Source: Pseudovirgaria hyperparasitica
Lineage: Eukaryota
Direction: 5' to 3' (one strand)
Length of the DNA: 64,000 nucleotides
Assembly (NCBI GenBank): GCA_010093815.1
Contig: ML996567.1
Position numbers and translations under genes: made by a program
Shown here: positions 1 to 13,368 of the stretch, piece by piece
How the letters are laid out: each line of letters begins with the position of its first letter
Numbering within the stretch: the first letter of the stretch is position 1
Notes under the pieces: generated by a model
Database searches by the model: none
The model's input: only the letters and a program-made list of their open reading frames with translations
Told to the model about the DNA's origin: nothing

Positions 1-3000
1 ACATGTAGATAGGCCTCGAGCGTCTAGTTCTATCGCTCTATCTAGCTATCCATCTAAGGATGAAATACTATGGATATATTTCTATTTATACTTACTATTT
101 CGTAGAATAACGTCTAGAATTTAGACGTGAAGGTACTTCCTCGGTCTATAACGATCCTTTTTAGTATACTATAGACCTTAATAATCTCGTTCTAGAACAC
201 CTACGCTAGTTCTTTGGATATAATCGTCTTCTACACCGAGATATACCTAGATATCTTTATAAGTCTATCTACGATAGTAAGAATAGAATTATAACTTATT
301 CTAAGTATCTCGCTTAGAGGTAAGTTAACTATAAAGTCTATAGTAACGTCTTCCTATATAAAGAGGGGGGCTAAAAGAGGCTATAAATTCCTATATGGCT
401 TATGCCTAGGGGCCTTCATTCTTTAATAAATCGGATAAGTAGCTATCTATTCTTTAACGTACTTAGGTATATCTTCCTAAAAATAGTACTAACGAATTAA
501 GCTTAGGGTATGTACATACCTAAAGTGTCCTACTAGGTTAGCGTTATAGTATCGGCTAACTATATTAAATCGCGTGTTACCCGTTAGTATATAGTACTTT
601 CTATTATAGTAAAGTAAGCCGTCTACGAAGGTCTACTTATAGTCTACTTTAGTCCGTAATAACCTATCTTACTATATTTTATATAACTTTAAAACTATCG
701 GGTCTATCTTCTATAGATCCATGATTAACTAGACGAGGTTAATTAGATATTCATGCTAGATATTATCGCCCTTCCCGACAGCGCTAATAAACGGTCTACT
801 AGGGACTTTAGTACCGCGTCTTTAGTTACCGGCTTTAGTCTTAGAGATTTAATTACCGGTATCGACGTTAGTATCTCGCTAATCGCCTAATAACTTAAAA
901 TCTAACCTCGTCCTTAAGAGTTGGGCCTATAGCTACTCTAGGACCCTATAGCTACTATAATTCTAGGCGCCTTCTTTATAGTTAGGTCTTCTTAATATTC
1001 TATTAGCTAGATTTATACTTCTAGATTAATAGTAGATTATAAAGTAAAAGTTTATAAGCTACTTAGCCTATTAGACCTATTAACGGTTTAAAACTATCGT
1101 GCTTATAAACCCCTTTAAGTTATAGTAATTAGTTAGTAACTCAACGTTATATATGGTACCTTTAAGATAATATCGCTACTATTTAAACGACTCTACTATT
1201 ACTAGTAGCTCTTGGTTATAGATAGTATATCTAGTCTTAATATCGACTATTTTACGTGAGAAGAACGTAACTAGATACTATTAGACCTTTTTAGACTTAG
1301 TTAGTCTAGGCTAGGAGAGAATGTCTAAGATTATAAATTCTAACGCGTCGGTTTCGACGTGGATAGGTTTAGTTAGGTCGAAGTATACTAGCAATAGGGC
1401 AGTTATAAATGCCTCTTTAATTTTCTTAAAGGAGGCCCTTTCGCCTTCTAATAATTCTATAGGCTATAATTTAATATTATACTATTTCTATCTACCGCGG
1501 ACCGTAATAGACGAATCTATAGTAGTAGTACGCGCGTTAAGCGGTGCTACTAGCCAGGAGAAATACTTAATAAATTTTCGGTAGTAATTAGCGAATCTAA
1601 TAAAGACACGTATATCTTAAACCGATTTTAGTTTAGGCTAGTCCACGATAGTAGCGACCCTATTCCTTTCTATAGTTATACCTTAATTAGTAATAACGAA
1701 GCTAAGGAAGTTAATATAGTCCTAGTGGAACTTACATTTAGATAGCTTAATATATAGCTTATATTTTTCTAGCCTATCTAGGACTACGCGTACGTGCTAG
1801 ATATGTTCTTCTTTATTATTAGAGAAGATAAGAATGTTATCGAGGTATACGATGCACGTTATATTAAGTAGACCTACTAGCGCGTTATTAATATACGCTT
1901 AGAAGGTTCCTAGCGCGTTAGTTAGTCTAAAAGGGACTACTATATACTCGAAGTATCCATAACGGGTCCTAAACGCCGTTTTCTACTTATCGCCCTTCTT
2001 AATATATAGGCGGTAGTAGACGTCGCGTAGATCGAGCTTAGTAAAGATCTTTACGCGCCCTAGTCTATTAATAGACTTAGAGATAAGAGGTAGTAGATAA
2101 CGATTCTTTCGCGTAATATTATTTAGGCTACGGTAGTCGATACATAGATAGAGACTCCTATCCTTCTTCTTTATAAAGAGGATTAGAGCTCTAGCTAGAG
2201 ATATACTAGGCCTAATCTATCCTCGCGTAAGGTTCTTTTTAATATATTCTCGGAGGACCTATAGCTCGGGTTCTAATAGAGGGTAGATGGGTCCGTATAG
2301 GGGTTATTAACCGTCTTTAAGGTTAATAGTAAGGTCGGTAGATTAGTATTAAGGTAATTCGGACGAGTCGATCGCTAACGCAATATATTAGTATATTTTA
2401 TACTAATATAGTAGGTTTTCGTCCACTTTAATACTAAGCTCTCTATTTTAAGTAAGTAAGAGGACGTAGATAGCGGAGATTACCTTTTCATAGTCCTTCT
2501 AGAATTATTCGTCGTTAATTAGCTATACTAGGTTCTATTATAGTAGGTACATGCGCTAGCCAGCTGTTTTCTAGATAAAGTCTAGTTTCGGGTTATATTT
2601 TTCGAGCTATAGTATACTAAGGATCATGTTAAAGGGACTATCTACCACGATAAAGGTTAAGTAGTAGGGTTTCTACTTCCCCCCGCTATCCTAGATACTA
2701 TATTTAATAGTATAGGTACCCTATGATTTAATAGGACCGTCGATACTATAGAAGGTAGCACCTATTAGTACTTAAATATTAACATTAAGTTCTTATACTC
2801 GTTAAGTTAATATAACGTTAGTAGCTAAACCGCTATTAAGTATTATGGTCTAATATTATCCACGAGGGACCTCGATAGGCCTAGCCTATAGTTCGATATA
2901 CTAGTTAGCTAGTTATCCCTCTATTTTAGTTACGCCTATAAGTCGCGAGGGTTCCTTATAGATAGTTAGTTTTTTATATTATATACCGGGTAGTTAGGCG

Positions 3001-4627
3001 CGATATATCCTAGCTACTAGTACTTATAGTATATAACTAACTTAGTATCTATATTAGTATTTAGTGGTTTCCCTAAGCGGTACTTAGGTGCTATATGGCC
3101 TATCCTACCATAGGTGTAGTAGGTGACTTTAGGTCATTTATACGAGTCGTTTCTCGCGTCTTAATATATCGACTAGTAGAAAGATCCGCGGTACGGGCCT
3201 CGTCTTCTTAAGTTCGTAGAGTAGTAGCGCCCATAAGGTATTCCGCGCGATCTATTACTAAACCGGTCCTCTTTAGACGATTTTATATTAGATTAGATTA
3301 ATAGGGATAGTCATGCGTCTATACGACGTTAGTTATTTATTATACGCTAATGTTGTTCTACGAGATTCGCGAGTACCTAAAGGTTAGTAGAGATAGACGT
3401 TATAAGGTTAATACGTTTCTTTACGCTCGGGTTAAGGGACCTTTTAAAGTCGTCGTATTATTAAACTATATAATCTTCCTTAGCTTCTCTCTAAAGAGGT
3501 CGGAGATATTTAAGAAGTTATAATAGGGATTATCTCTCTCGCTATTAAGTCTTAAAGATATAGCTCTAAGCCTATTCGCGTCGCTCGGCTCTATCGCCGA
3601 AGTATTAAAGAAGGAATTCGGTAAACATATCCTAGTTATACGTATCCTTAGGGTATTTAATTCGATATACTATCAAACGTTTAGATGGCGTTAGGTCTAG
3701 GTAGTTCTATACGAACCTAATCTTATTACTATCGTTCGTGAATAGGTAGAAGAATCGGCTATACTAGTAAGCCTATTTATAAAAGCTCCTCCTAGTTTTA
3801 CCGTCGAAGTAAGGTAGTTTCTTAGGCTAAGGTAACTAGGATAGTAATAGACTTAGTTAGACTATTTCGGCTTAAGTTAGTCTATATTAGTATAGATTAG
3901 TTACTACTAGTACTAAAGCGCGTAGTACGGCTTCGAGTCTAGCGGTTCGTCCTTACGCTTTGTCGAGTTTACGAAGTTACTACTTAAGCTAAGTCTAACG
4001 CTACCTCTCCGTGTATAGCTTAGTATATATATTATTATAAGGCGTGGTTAACGTTAGTTAGTTCTAACGAATTAATTCATTAACGTTAATAGGGTCTAGT
4101 CTTATAGTAAGGATAGGTCTAGTATAGTGTAAACTAGACCGCGATGGAGTATAATAGACTTCTTCCTTATTATCTAGGTAATCTTCTACGGTTATATAGA
4201 ATACCGTACTAGTTATTAGTACGATAGCCTATAGAGTATACTTATTAGTAGAGGTGGTCGTAGAGAGACTATTCTCTTTGTTTAGATTTAGAGAGAGTCT
4301 CTCATATAAGGTAGTACCACGGGTATTATAGCGCGTAGTAGGAGCTATCTCTATAAGCTACCGTCGTACTATATAGAGAGGAATTAAAATATAAAGAGTA
4401 AAGACGTAGAATAGTAGTCTAATAGTTCATAGAGAGATATAGGAATATATTTATAGAGTAATCTTACTCTTATACGAGGTTAATTCCTAACGAGTAGGAA
4501 TCGGTTTATACGGTCTACTTATATAGTAACCTCGCTTAACTCAGCTAACTTAACCTAGCTCTAGCTACTACGTGGCTGCATGGATTAGAATGGTCTATAT
4601 AGGTCCGTTATGGTTCCCGTCCTAATA
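1..4627 (-). mobile_element. Ty3/gypsy LTR retrotransposon family A, copy 1 (5' portion; continues off the window's left edge), RIP-degenerated
   Basis: Minus-strand relic motifs: CCHC knuckle (~3080-3130), protease LNSG (ex LDSG, ~2830), RT VYLDNIL (~1835-1850), FANYYRKFI (~1570-1600), in PR-RT-RH-IN order. LTR 4390-4627 matches LTRs at 44999 and 52844. Colinear with 48455-53081. Confidence 0.93.
4390..4627 (-). repeat. 238-bp LTR of gypsy family A
   Basis: TATAAAGAGT...CCTAATA (RIP form of TG...CA); same length and near-identical to 44999-45236 and 52844-53081. Confidence 0.92.
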
Positions 4628-5782
4628 ATTATTATAGATTACTATTATTACTAGCTAAATATAGCACGAAAATTAGTAAATTATATAAATCGTACTAAAT
4701 TATAGTAAATCTATATAAATCTATATCTATAAGGATTAGGTAATATATCTAATAATCTAAAAAACTCTATAAAGAGTTAAGAAGTTTTTTAAAGAAAGGA
4801 ATATTTCTAAGAAAAGATTTTAATATAGATAGTACCTAGGCTTACCTAATTATATTACGTGATACACTAGGCCTAATTAGATAATCTTACCTATATAAGA
4901 AGTTAGAATAGATAAAATCTAGTTTATTAGGAAAACGCTTATATAAATCTTAGATTAGTAAATATTAGTAAGTATCTAAGATAAAGTATAGAGAATAACT
5001 AAGGTCTTATAAGACTTAGAATAGAGATATAGAGATAGATAATAATCTAGGTTACTAAGGGTAGCTTCCTAGAGGGAAGAGATAATTATTAGGACTTAGC
5101 CTTAGGTAGAACCTAACCTATATATACCTTAGCTAATAGGGTTAGAAGATAATATAAAGGGCGGTAAATAGTTACGTGCTAGATAGATCGGCGTCCCTTT
5201 ATATATATACTCTTAGATTTCTACTAAAAGGGTTTAGTAGTAATTCGTTCTAGGATAGAATACACTCTATTATTCTATCTAACTATACTACTATCTAATA
5301 ACTCTATTCTTATACTTTATATTATATAAAGAATTCTATTATACTATAGATTATTATTGCGTTATAAATTCTAAAAGGCTTTATAAAGATTTTAATATAA
5401 TTTCTAAGCGGCTAAGTAACTTCTACTATAAGACTTATAGTATATCTAAATCTATATATAAGAAGCCCTTAAGTATAGATAGATAATATACGATACGGTT
5501 TAGTAGAGTTTATAGCGATCTCTCTAGTAAAATATATTATAAATCTTTAAATAGCTTCTAGTACTATATCTTCTTTATTAAAGAGTTAACTTATTTTATA
5601 TAGATCTATTTTATAAGGTATAAGTCTAAAGCTCCTAATATTATTATATAATTTTTCGTATATATTAAAAGATAGTTTAATATAACTATTAAAGAATTCG
5701 TATCTAACTAAGGCGGTAAATATATTACTAAAAGTCTTTAAGACTTCTTTTATAAGATAGATACTATATATATTACCTCTCC

Positions 5783-5920
5783 TGTTACGGAAAGTGACAA
5801 GGAGATAGACAACGGCAAGAACCACGGACTAGTAGTCCTATATACATAGCCGTAGATTCCATGAAGTAGCTAGTAATCAATTCAATACTTGACCAAGACT
5901 TAACATCTCTATCCTTAACA
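5783..5920 (+). repeat. 5' LTR of gypsy family B (138 bp)
   Basis: TGTTACGG...CCTTAACA; by my alignment it differs from the 3' LTR at 8 positions, all C/T or G/A transitions. Confidence 0.95.
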
Positions 5921-6542
5921 TCTTGGTAGCTAAAAGCATACCACCAGCTAATCATTTTCGAAAGAAAGATAGCACTAGTCGAATATAAGACACCAACGCC
6001 CTGACGTACTAGTTCTCCGAAGCCGAATTAAAAGACGTTAATATCCCGACTTAGCGAACGAAAGACGCTTCCGTAAAATTTAGTAAAAGAAGTTTATAAA
6101 TACGGAGAGACAATTGGTAAGGATAAAAGAACACTAGGCACCAGGTAACGTTCGTCACCGTTACCATCATTAAGACTCGTAAGAGTATAAAATTATAACC
6201 GAAAGTCCCAAGGAAGGAGCTAAGGGAACGGTAAATAAAGGATTTGCCACCAGAGGAAAACAGGAATAAGTATCCGCATCAAAGGCCTCACCTTATTCCA
6301 ACTATACTAAATTCCATGAGACTCGTTCTAGAGGATTACTAAAAGGTAGTATAAGTACTAGTGTTCCTGAACGAGTCGTGCATTAAAAGGATCGAGCTCC
6401 CTATAATTCCCTAGTTCCCGTTAAGTAAGGAACACGACACTGCACCACGACCGGTTACACTCAGTGCTAGTCGAACCCTGCTTCATAGGAATAGGTTAGT
6501 ACTAATTAGACAAGACGATCAGCACGCGAAGCCTCGGTTTCC

Positions 6543-9500
6543 GCGAGCTACCAAGGTTAGAGTGGGTTCCTACTAAACATTCCCGATTACCTAAGTATAC
6601 TAGAGAAGCTCACGTCCGCGCCTCCCGCGGCCGACATTCTTAGCACGCTCGGGAATACATAAGATATACTAGCTCCCTCACTAGTATTATAGAAGGAACC
6701 GATTCCTAAGCTATTAGAGTAAGTTATTAAAACAGCTCATTAACTCATTCGTTACTTTAAAGATAGCCCACTACATGAATTAAACCCCTATACCCTTATC
6801 TTACTTCGAGGTATTGCCCACGTATACCTAGAAGTCTTAAGAAATCGAAATCGTTTACGGTCTAGGGGCAAACAGCCTTAGGAAGATAGATATCCTCCTA
6901 ACTAGAACTATCTCGTAAACAAAGATCACGGAATACATCTAGCGACTACTAAAGCTATAAAGGTCGAAAGGCTAGCGGTAAATTTCCGTTAATCTAAATA
7001 TTTTAGTAACTTTAGAAACTTCGTATAGCTAAGAGAAGTAAATTTACCTTCCTCGTCCCCTCCGTCATTAATTGAAGTTCCTACCGCGCTAAAGAAAAGG
7101 CCCGCAAGACTATAAGACTTCGAGTTTCACGACGAACCCGTGAGACCAGAGAACTCCAATTCTCGTGAGATAATAATCTCTAATCCTTACGAGGCGATTA
7201 TGGCACCGGAGAATCCTTACTAGAGAGGAAGCTCGAGCCAAGGCGTAGAGAGAAGCGGAGAGCAAGTCGGAACGCCTCAAAGCCTCGAGCCTCCAATTCC
7301 GGCTCCAATTCCAGTTCCCGTTATAGCTTAGTAAGCCCAGCCTAATATACTAAGCGTAGAAATGATCGCGCAAATTACGATGATAGTTTCAGCGGTACTT
7401 AATAATCGTGAGAGGGTAAATCCTCTAGTAGAATAAAGTAGAGCTAGCTAAGTCGCGCCCTCTTAGGAAAGGCCTTAGGGAAGAGATAAAGAAGAACTTT
7501 CCAGAGACCGTCCGTCTAGAAACGACTACTATAGGCAAGCTTAGCCTATAGTAAGAGTTTTAAGGAACGATAACGATCTAAGCGAAGGCTCGGACGATAA
7601 TCTATAGGGAGACGATAATAGAGCTCGTGGCTACCGTCGTAGATTATATATGCCCCCGCATCGTCGCCGGCGAACTACGGAAACTAGAGACTATAAAGAT
7701 AACGATAGCTTAAATCTAAGAGACACGAAGTTTAGGACGGAGGACATTGGATTCTTCGATCCGAGCATAGATCCTTCGAGAACGGAAGATGTTTATAATA
7801 AGAATAGAAAGGTCTATTATAGATCCGTTTAGCCGTTCATCGACGTAATAAGGAACTACTAGTAGATATGCCCTGCGAAAATCATTCGTTATAATCTCTA
7901 TAAGTGTCTTAGAGGCACGGCGTAAATTTGGTATAGCTCTTAATTAAGCGACGCTATAAAGTCAAGTCTTACCAGCGGAGATGGACTTAAGCGCTGGGTT
8001 AAGAAACTCGAAAAGAGATTCTCTATACCTCTAAGTGCCGCCTTAAAGAGACTCTAAGGCATATTATATGGCCCCGAGAACTTACATGGAGGCTAGAGCA
8101 CGACTAACTATGTTATGAAAGTACTTAGGGCTTATAAAGAAGCAAATTTGAAATCTAAAGCACTTATTATGGCATAGGCCTAGAATAAGCTCGACCTAAG
8201 ATTTAGGGTAAGCATAGAGGAACCCGAATCTAATACTAATCTAGATACCTTTTATAAATAGCTCGAGTAGAAATTATAGACCTGGCGTGAACTCTATAAG
8301 TAGAGTAAGTTCGACTATTCCTATTCTAGTAAAGCGTTATAAGGCTAGTATCCGTCGAACCGCTATCCTCGTAAAGAAAAAGAAGTCGGAAACGACTACT
8401 TTCGAGGGAACCGCGGGACACGATATAGTAGTGGCGGCGGACGAGAGGACCGCTCTAACAAGTTTTAGATAATAAAAGAAAGCGAGAAAACAATCTAAGT
8501 CGTATCTTCTTAGATAAACGAGCAAAGGTCTAGTAAAGACCACGGTTAAAACTAGTATTAAGGCAGAGACCGTCGCCCATATGAAGTAGACCGTCGCCTA
8601 TATGAAGGGAATGGTAAGTATTAGCCAAAGAGTTTCGAAAAGACTACGACGACTTCTATATAAGTCGAGAGGCAACCTTATGTGAAGCCGTAACGCGCCT
8701 ATTATAATATAGTCCTAGTAGAGTTTCTCGATTAAGAAGGATCATAAAATGAAGAAGACTCGCCGGACGAAGATTAGGGCGGATAAGCTTAAGAGTAAGC
8801 TAAAGAAAGCTAGTCGGACGAGGAACCTTATAAGAAGTTAGCTAGAGTTTTCTTCGTGAGAACCAAGGAAGTCGAGACTCTACCGGCACTATCGCTCGAG
8901 AAACCATAGAAGAGTAAAAGGACTATAGCGAGGAACTGTCGCGTCTATGGATAAAAGTATCCTTCCAATAACAAGCTATATTAGTATATTACGGAAAAGT
9001 ATCCGAAGAAACCAGTGGATCACGTATATATGGTGGACGAGTTTCTATCGCCCCTACTAGTACTACGAGTTATTAAGAGCACCGTAAAAAGGATAGGAAC
9101 GAAAGGCCATCGCTTTTGTTATTAGAACTACATTATAATGAACGTGACATTGAACGGGACCATAGAGCCTAAGTAAATAATCGTGGATACCGGAGCAAAG
9201 CTGAGTCTCGTGGACAGAAACTGGCTAGCCATAGTCCTACTAGATTATAAAAAGCATGTTACGAAACTCATGCACCTAATAGTAGTTATGGGCATTAGTA
9301 ATAAGGTTTATAATAGCGACGAGTCCGTTAAAATAACACTCATGGTACCTGCTACCATAGAAGGAAACGACGTCGCGGTTACTATTAAATGCGAAGCACG
9401 CATTATCGAAAACCTAGCACCAAAACTACTAATGGGCATGGATACCATTGGTCTAGAAGAAATGGACATTAAAGTTCAAAACCGTACGATTACCTTTCCA

Positions 9501-12500
9501 CACGGCCAAAATGCGGTAGCTCCTATAAGTGTCCGCCTAAGACATAAGAAGTAGTTAAATGTCATAGTAAGAGCGCAGCACTTAGTATCTATCAAGCCTA
9601 ATTTAAGAGGCGTGGTTCTCGTGGACACACGTAATCTCCTAAATGATCGCGATATGCTTTTTAAACCTACGAAAGAGCACCTCTCCGCTACCGGGAAGCG
9701 ATAAGCCGTAATTTATATGGTAGTTATCGACTCTAGTAGTGGAGGAATCGTAATCAAGAACGACGGAAACGAGACACTCGTAATTCCGAGGAATATGGTG
9801 CTTGGTAAAATCCGCGAACTAGATATCGTAGGATACTACTAAATCTCCGATGCTAACGTAGACCTCGCTACCCTTCCTCCCTTAGAAGCCGCGAACATTA
9901 ACCCTAAGCTTAAGACACGTCTCCTAAACGGAATAATACTCTATGGTAGGGAAGAGAAGGCTATAAAATATAAAGAACTCATTAAAGAGTTTATAGAGTT
10001 ATAGCGAGATAAAAAATCCGTCGTAAACTCTAGGGAAGTAAAGCTTATCCTCATGGAGGACTGGCGAGAACTTAAGAAGTTATATACTCGAGTATATAAC
10101 GTCGGCCCTCGGGACCGTGAAGTAATTAATAAAACCTTTAACGGGCTTTATAACGACGATAAAATAGGTTAGAGTAAGAAGCCTATCTAATTTGGCTCCC
10201 TAGTTTTTGTCGTCTAGAGAGAGGTCTATGATCTAAAGACAAACGGGCTAATATGGAAACCACGCGTTATAATTAACATTAGAGGTCTAAATGCAATTAC
10301 CGTAAAGGATTCCTACCCGTTAATAAGGATGGATGACATGCTCTAGGCTAGCCGAGATTACTATTACATCATAACGATAGATGCCATAAGTATATTCTAC
10401 TAATAGTTGGTTAGAGAAGAAGATCGTAAGTAATTCACGGTAAACACCCATAGAGGCCAAGAATACCTGAAAGTTCTTACCATGGGCTACGTTAATTTAG
10501 TATAACACGTCCAACGGGAACTCGATAATCTTCTACGAGAGTTCCCGTAGGTAAAAGCCTATATAGATAATATCGTAGTCTTCTCTAAGACATTCGAAGA
10601 GTATATTCATTATCTACGATAACTATAGAGTACTCTATTAGGCTTTAATATGTCTCTCGCCGTAACCAAGACGTTCGTCGGGTATCCAAGTGCCGTAATC
10701 TTAGGAAAGAGAGTTAACGCCTTTGGACTATCTTTAAAAGCGGAACGAATTACAGCTCTAAAAGAAATATAGTTCCCTAAAGATACAGTAGCACTTGAAC
10801 GATACCTAGGAATGGTAGGATATCTACGAGGATAGTTACCATACTATATATAGTTAGTCTTACCGCTACTAAAAGCTAGTACTAAGCTCTTCCGCTATGC
10901 CCCTCGTAAAAAGACTTAGAGAAAAGTATGGGCCTTAAAAAGGCTAGTTCCATAGACTAAAGCGCTTATCGAATCGTTTCAAGCCATATAAGGACTATGG
11001 GATGACCTAATTTTCTATTATTACCATAAGCTATTAAGACGTACATTCCTAGACGTCGACGCTTCGAAAGAGCATGGCTTTAGAGTCTTTATATACCACG
11101 TTCGCGGGGACCCAGACCCGGTAATATCGTTAGTTCCGGTTAACGACCCCGTCGATCCCGACGAGACTAATCTCAATCTACTCGACCCCCTAAGAATGTC
11201 ATGGCTACGCTAGGTAGAATTATTCCTAAGGGAAGTAATTCAACTAATATTATTTCTTAGTAAAGCCATCACGGCAACTAAACGAAACTATTAGCCCACG
11301 GAACTTAAAATGGCTGGTCTAGTTTAGTTAGTAACTAAGCTTCGACATTTCGTCGAATCATCTATATAGTTTATTATATTCACGGACCACGCCGTAATAA
11401 CGGCTATTACGTATTAGACGAAGCTCTCTAGCACAGCCGCTGATTATAAAAATATCCATCTTGTTCGAGCAGCCTAATATCTCTCATAATATAAGCTCGA
11501 CATCCGGTATCGCCCTAGTAGAAACCACATCGTGCTAGACGCTCTTAGTAGGCTTATAAGTACGGCGCCAGCCGTAGAAGGCAATGTGCTAGATAAGATC
11601 GCATAGACTTTTACGATCGGTAGCGATAAAGGGACGATTACTAAACTCACCCACGTCTATCACGTAGTCTTAATCAAAATAGTAGATGAATTTAAGGATC
11701 GCCTATGAAAAGCCTATAAAGACGACGAGGCATGGAATAAAGTACGCGAAGTACTAATTAAGGAAGATGCTCTCCGACATGGAGACGAGAACGTACTAAT
11801 GTATGTTAACTTCTCTAAAGGTGAATTACTACTAAAAGGGAAATCACAACCCCTGAATAGACTGAAATTCTTTATAAAAGATAAGATAATCTATAATATC
11901 GATAGAGGCAATGATCGGGAAAGGCTATGCATTCCCCATGCCCTTCTTGGCGAGATCTTTAACGTACTTTACGATTATAGTTTCTATTAAGGAGAGAATA
12001 GACTCTATAAGAGAGTGTCCGTATCTTTCTACGTACGCCATCTTTCGAAAGAAGTCAAGGCCTATATTAAATATTGCAAGTAATGTAACGAGGCAAGGAC
12101 CTCTCGGTAATAGCTATACGGGAGTTTCACGCCCATCGCGACTTAGCACGTACTATTTAGAACCATATGCCTCGACCTTATCACCGCCCTACCTAAAACA
12201 GTAACGGGTTACGACGCTCTAGCGCCTATCACCTATAAGGCCACGAAAAGAGTGCTTCTCGTTCTAGGATATACTAACTAGGGCGCTAAAGAATGGGCTA
12301 GTCTAATTCTACTAAACCTCGTTAAACACGATTGGGGAATTCCGGCTGAAATCATTTTAGATAGGGATGCGAGATAGCTTTTAGCCTTCTAGTAAAAGGT
12401 CTTTAGCATGCTAGGAGTTAAATTCCTAATATCCGCAGCATATCGTCTATAAATAGACGGCTAGATAGAGAGAATAAACTAATCCGTAGAGATCGGAATT

Positions 12501-13367
12501 CGTTTCGTGGTTACCGAGAATCCCGACGAAGATTAGGATGCCTACTTACTATTCCTATAAGGCTTCATGAATAACGCTATAAATAAAACCACTAGCATGT
12601 CTCTAAATAAGTAATTATATGGTTTTAAAGTTAAAGATAGCGCGGATGCACTGCATGAATTGCCTCCTAAAGATTATGAATCGCTCCGTTTAAAGAATAG
12701 AGAAATAGCCGCCGAAGCTGCCAGCTTCGTAGCGGTTATAATAAAGTACCGATATAATAAGAAGTATAAGCCTCTTCGTCTAAAACCCGGAGCCGAAGTA
12801 TATCTACGATTATACCACGGTTACCGCGTACACGGGCACGCAAATAGGAAGTTCGATATTTAGAGAACCGGTCCATTTAAAATTTTACGACGTATTGGGA
12901 ATAACGTGTATAAACTCGACCTTCCGGAGAGCGTGAAAATTCACCTAGTGGTATTAGTTAGCCAGCTAGTACTATACCCGCCCGGCACGGATCTATTCGG
13001 ACGCAACCATGGTACTAATGAACCACCTAGCGTTTTCACCGAAGACGATCTAGACGAATATCCGTCTTATGAAATTAAAAGGTTTCTCGACCGACGCTAG
13101 AATCAGAATATAAAGAAGAAACAGTACCTAGTTAAATGGAAGGGCTAGAGTCTAATTTATAACTAATGGTATAATGAAGAAGACCTTAGAGATGCCCGCG
13201 AACTTCGAGAGGAATTCGACATAATATACCCAACCTTAAAAACGGAGATGAGGAACCGTAAAAGAGGACCTAGACAAAAGGAATTCATAGCCTTAAGTAC
13301 TGAAAGGCGTTTCTTGCACAGCGTTGAAATCCCAGCTTAGGTTAGAAACCGAAAGGTTCCTACCTAA
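6543..13367 (+). pseudogene. RIP-inactivated gag-pol of gypsy B (start uncertain)
   Basis: Frame +3 throughout: gag GFFDPS (~7750), relic C2H2 finger (~8935-9000), protease VDTGA (9183), RT RGLNAITVKDSYPL and AYIDNIVVFS, RNase H DVDASKEHGF/TDH, integrase CLDLITALP and DG*IERIN, chromodomain YEIKRFLDRR...YLVKWKG (~13070-13150). Internal stops are mostly TAA/TAG. Confidence 0.9.
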
Positions 13368-13368
13368 G

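Noticed and set aside
1321..1584. Plus-strand ORF (and its twin 49775-50035)
   Set aside because: Antisense shadow of the minus-strand RT/RNase H region of gypsy A.
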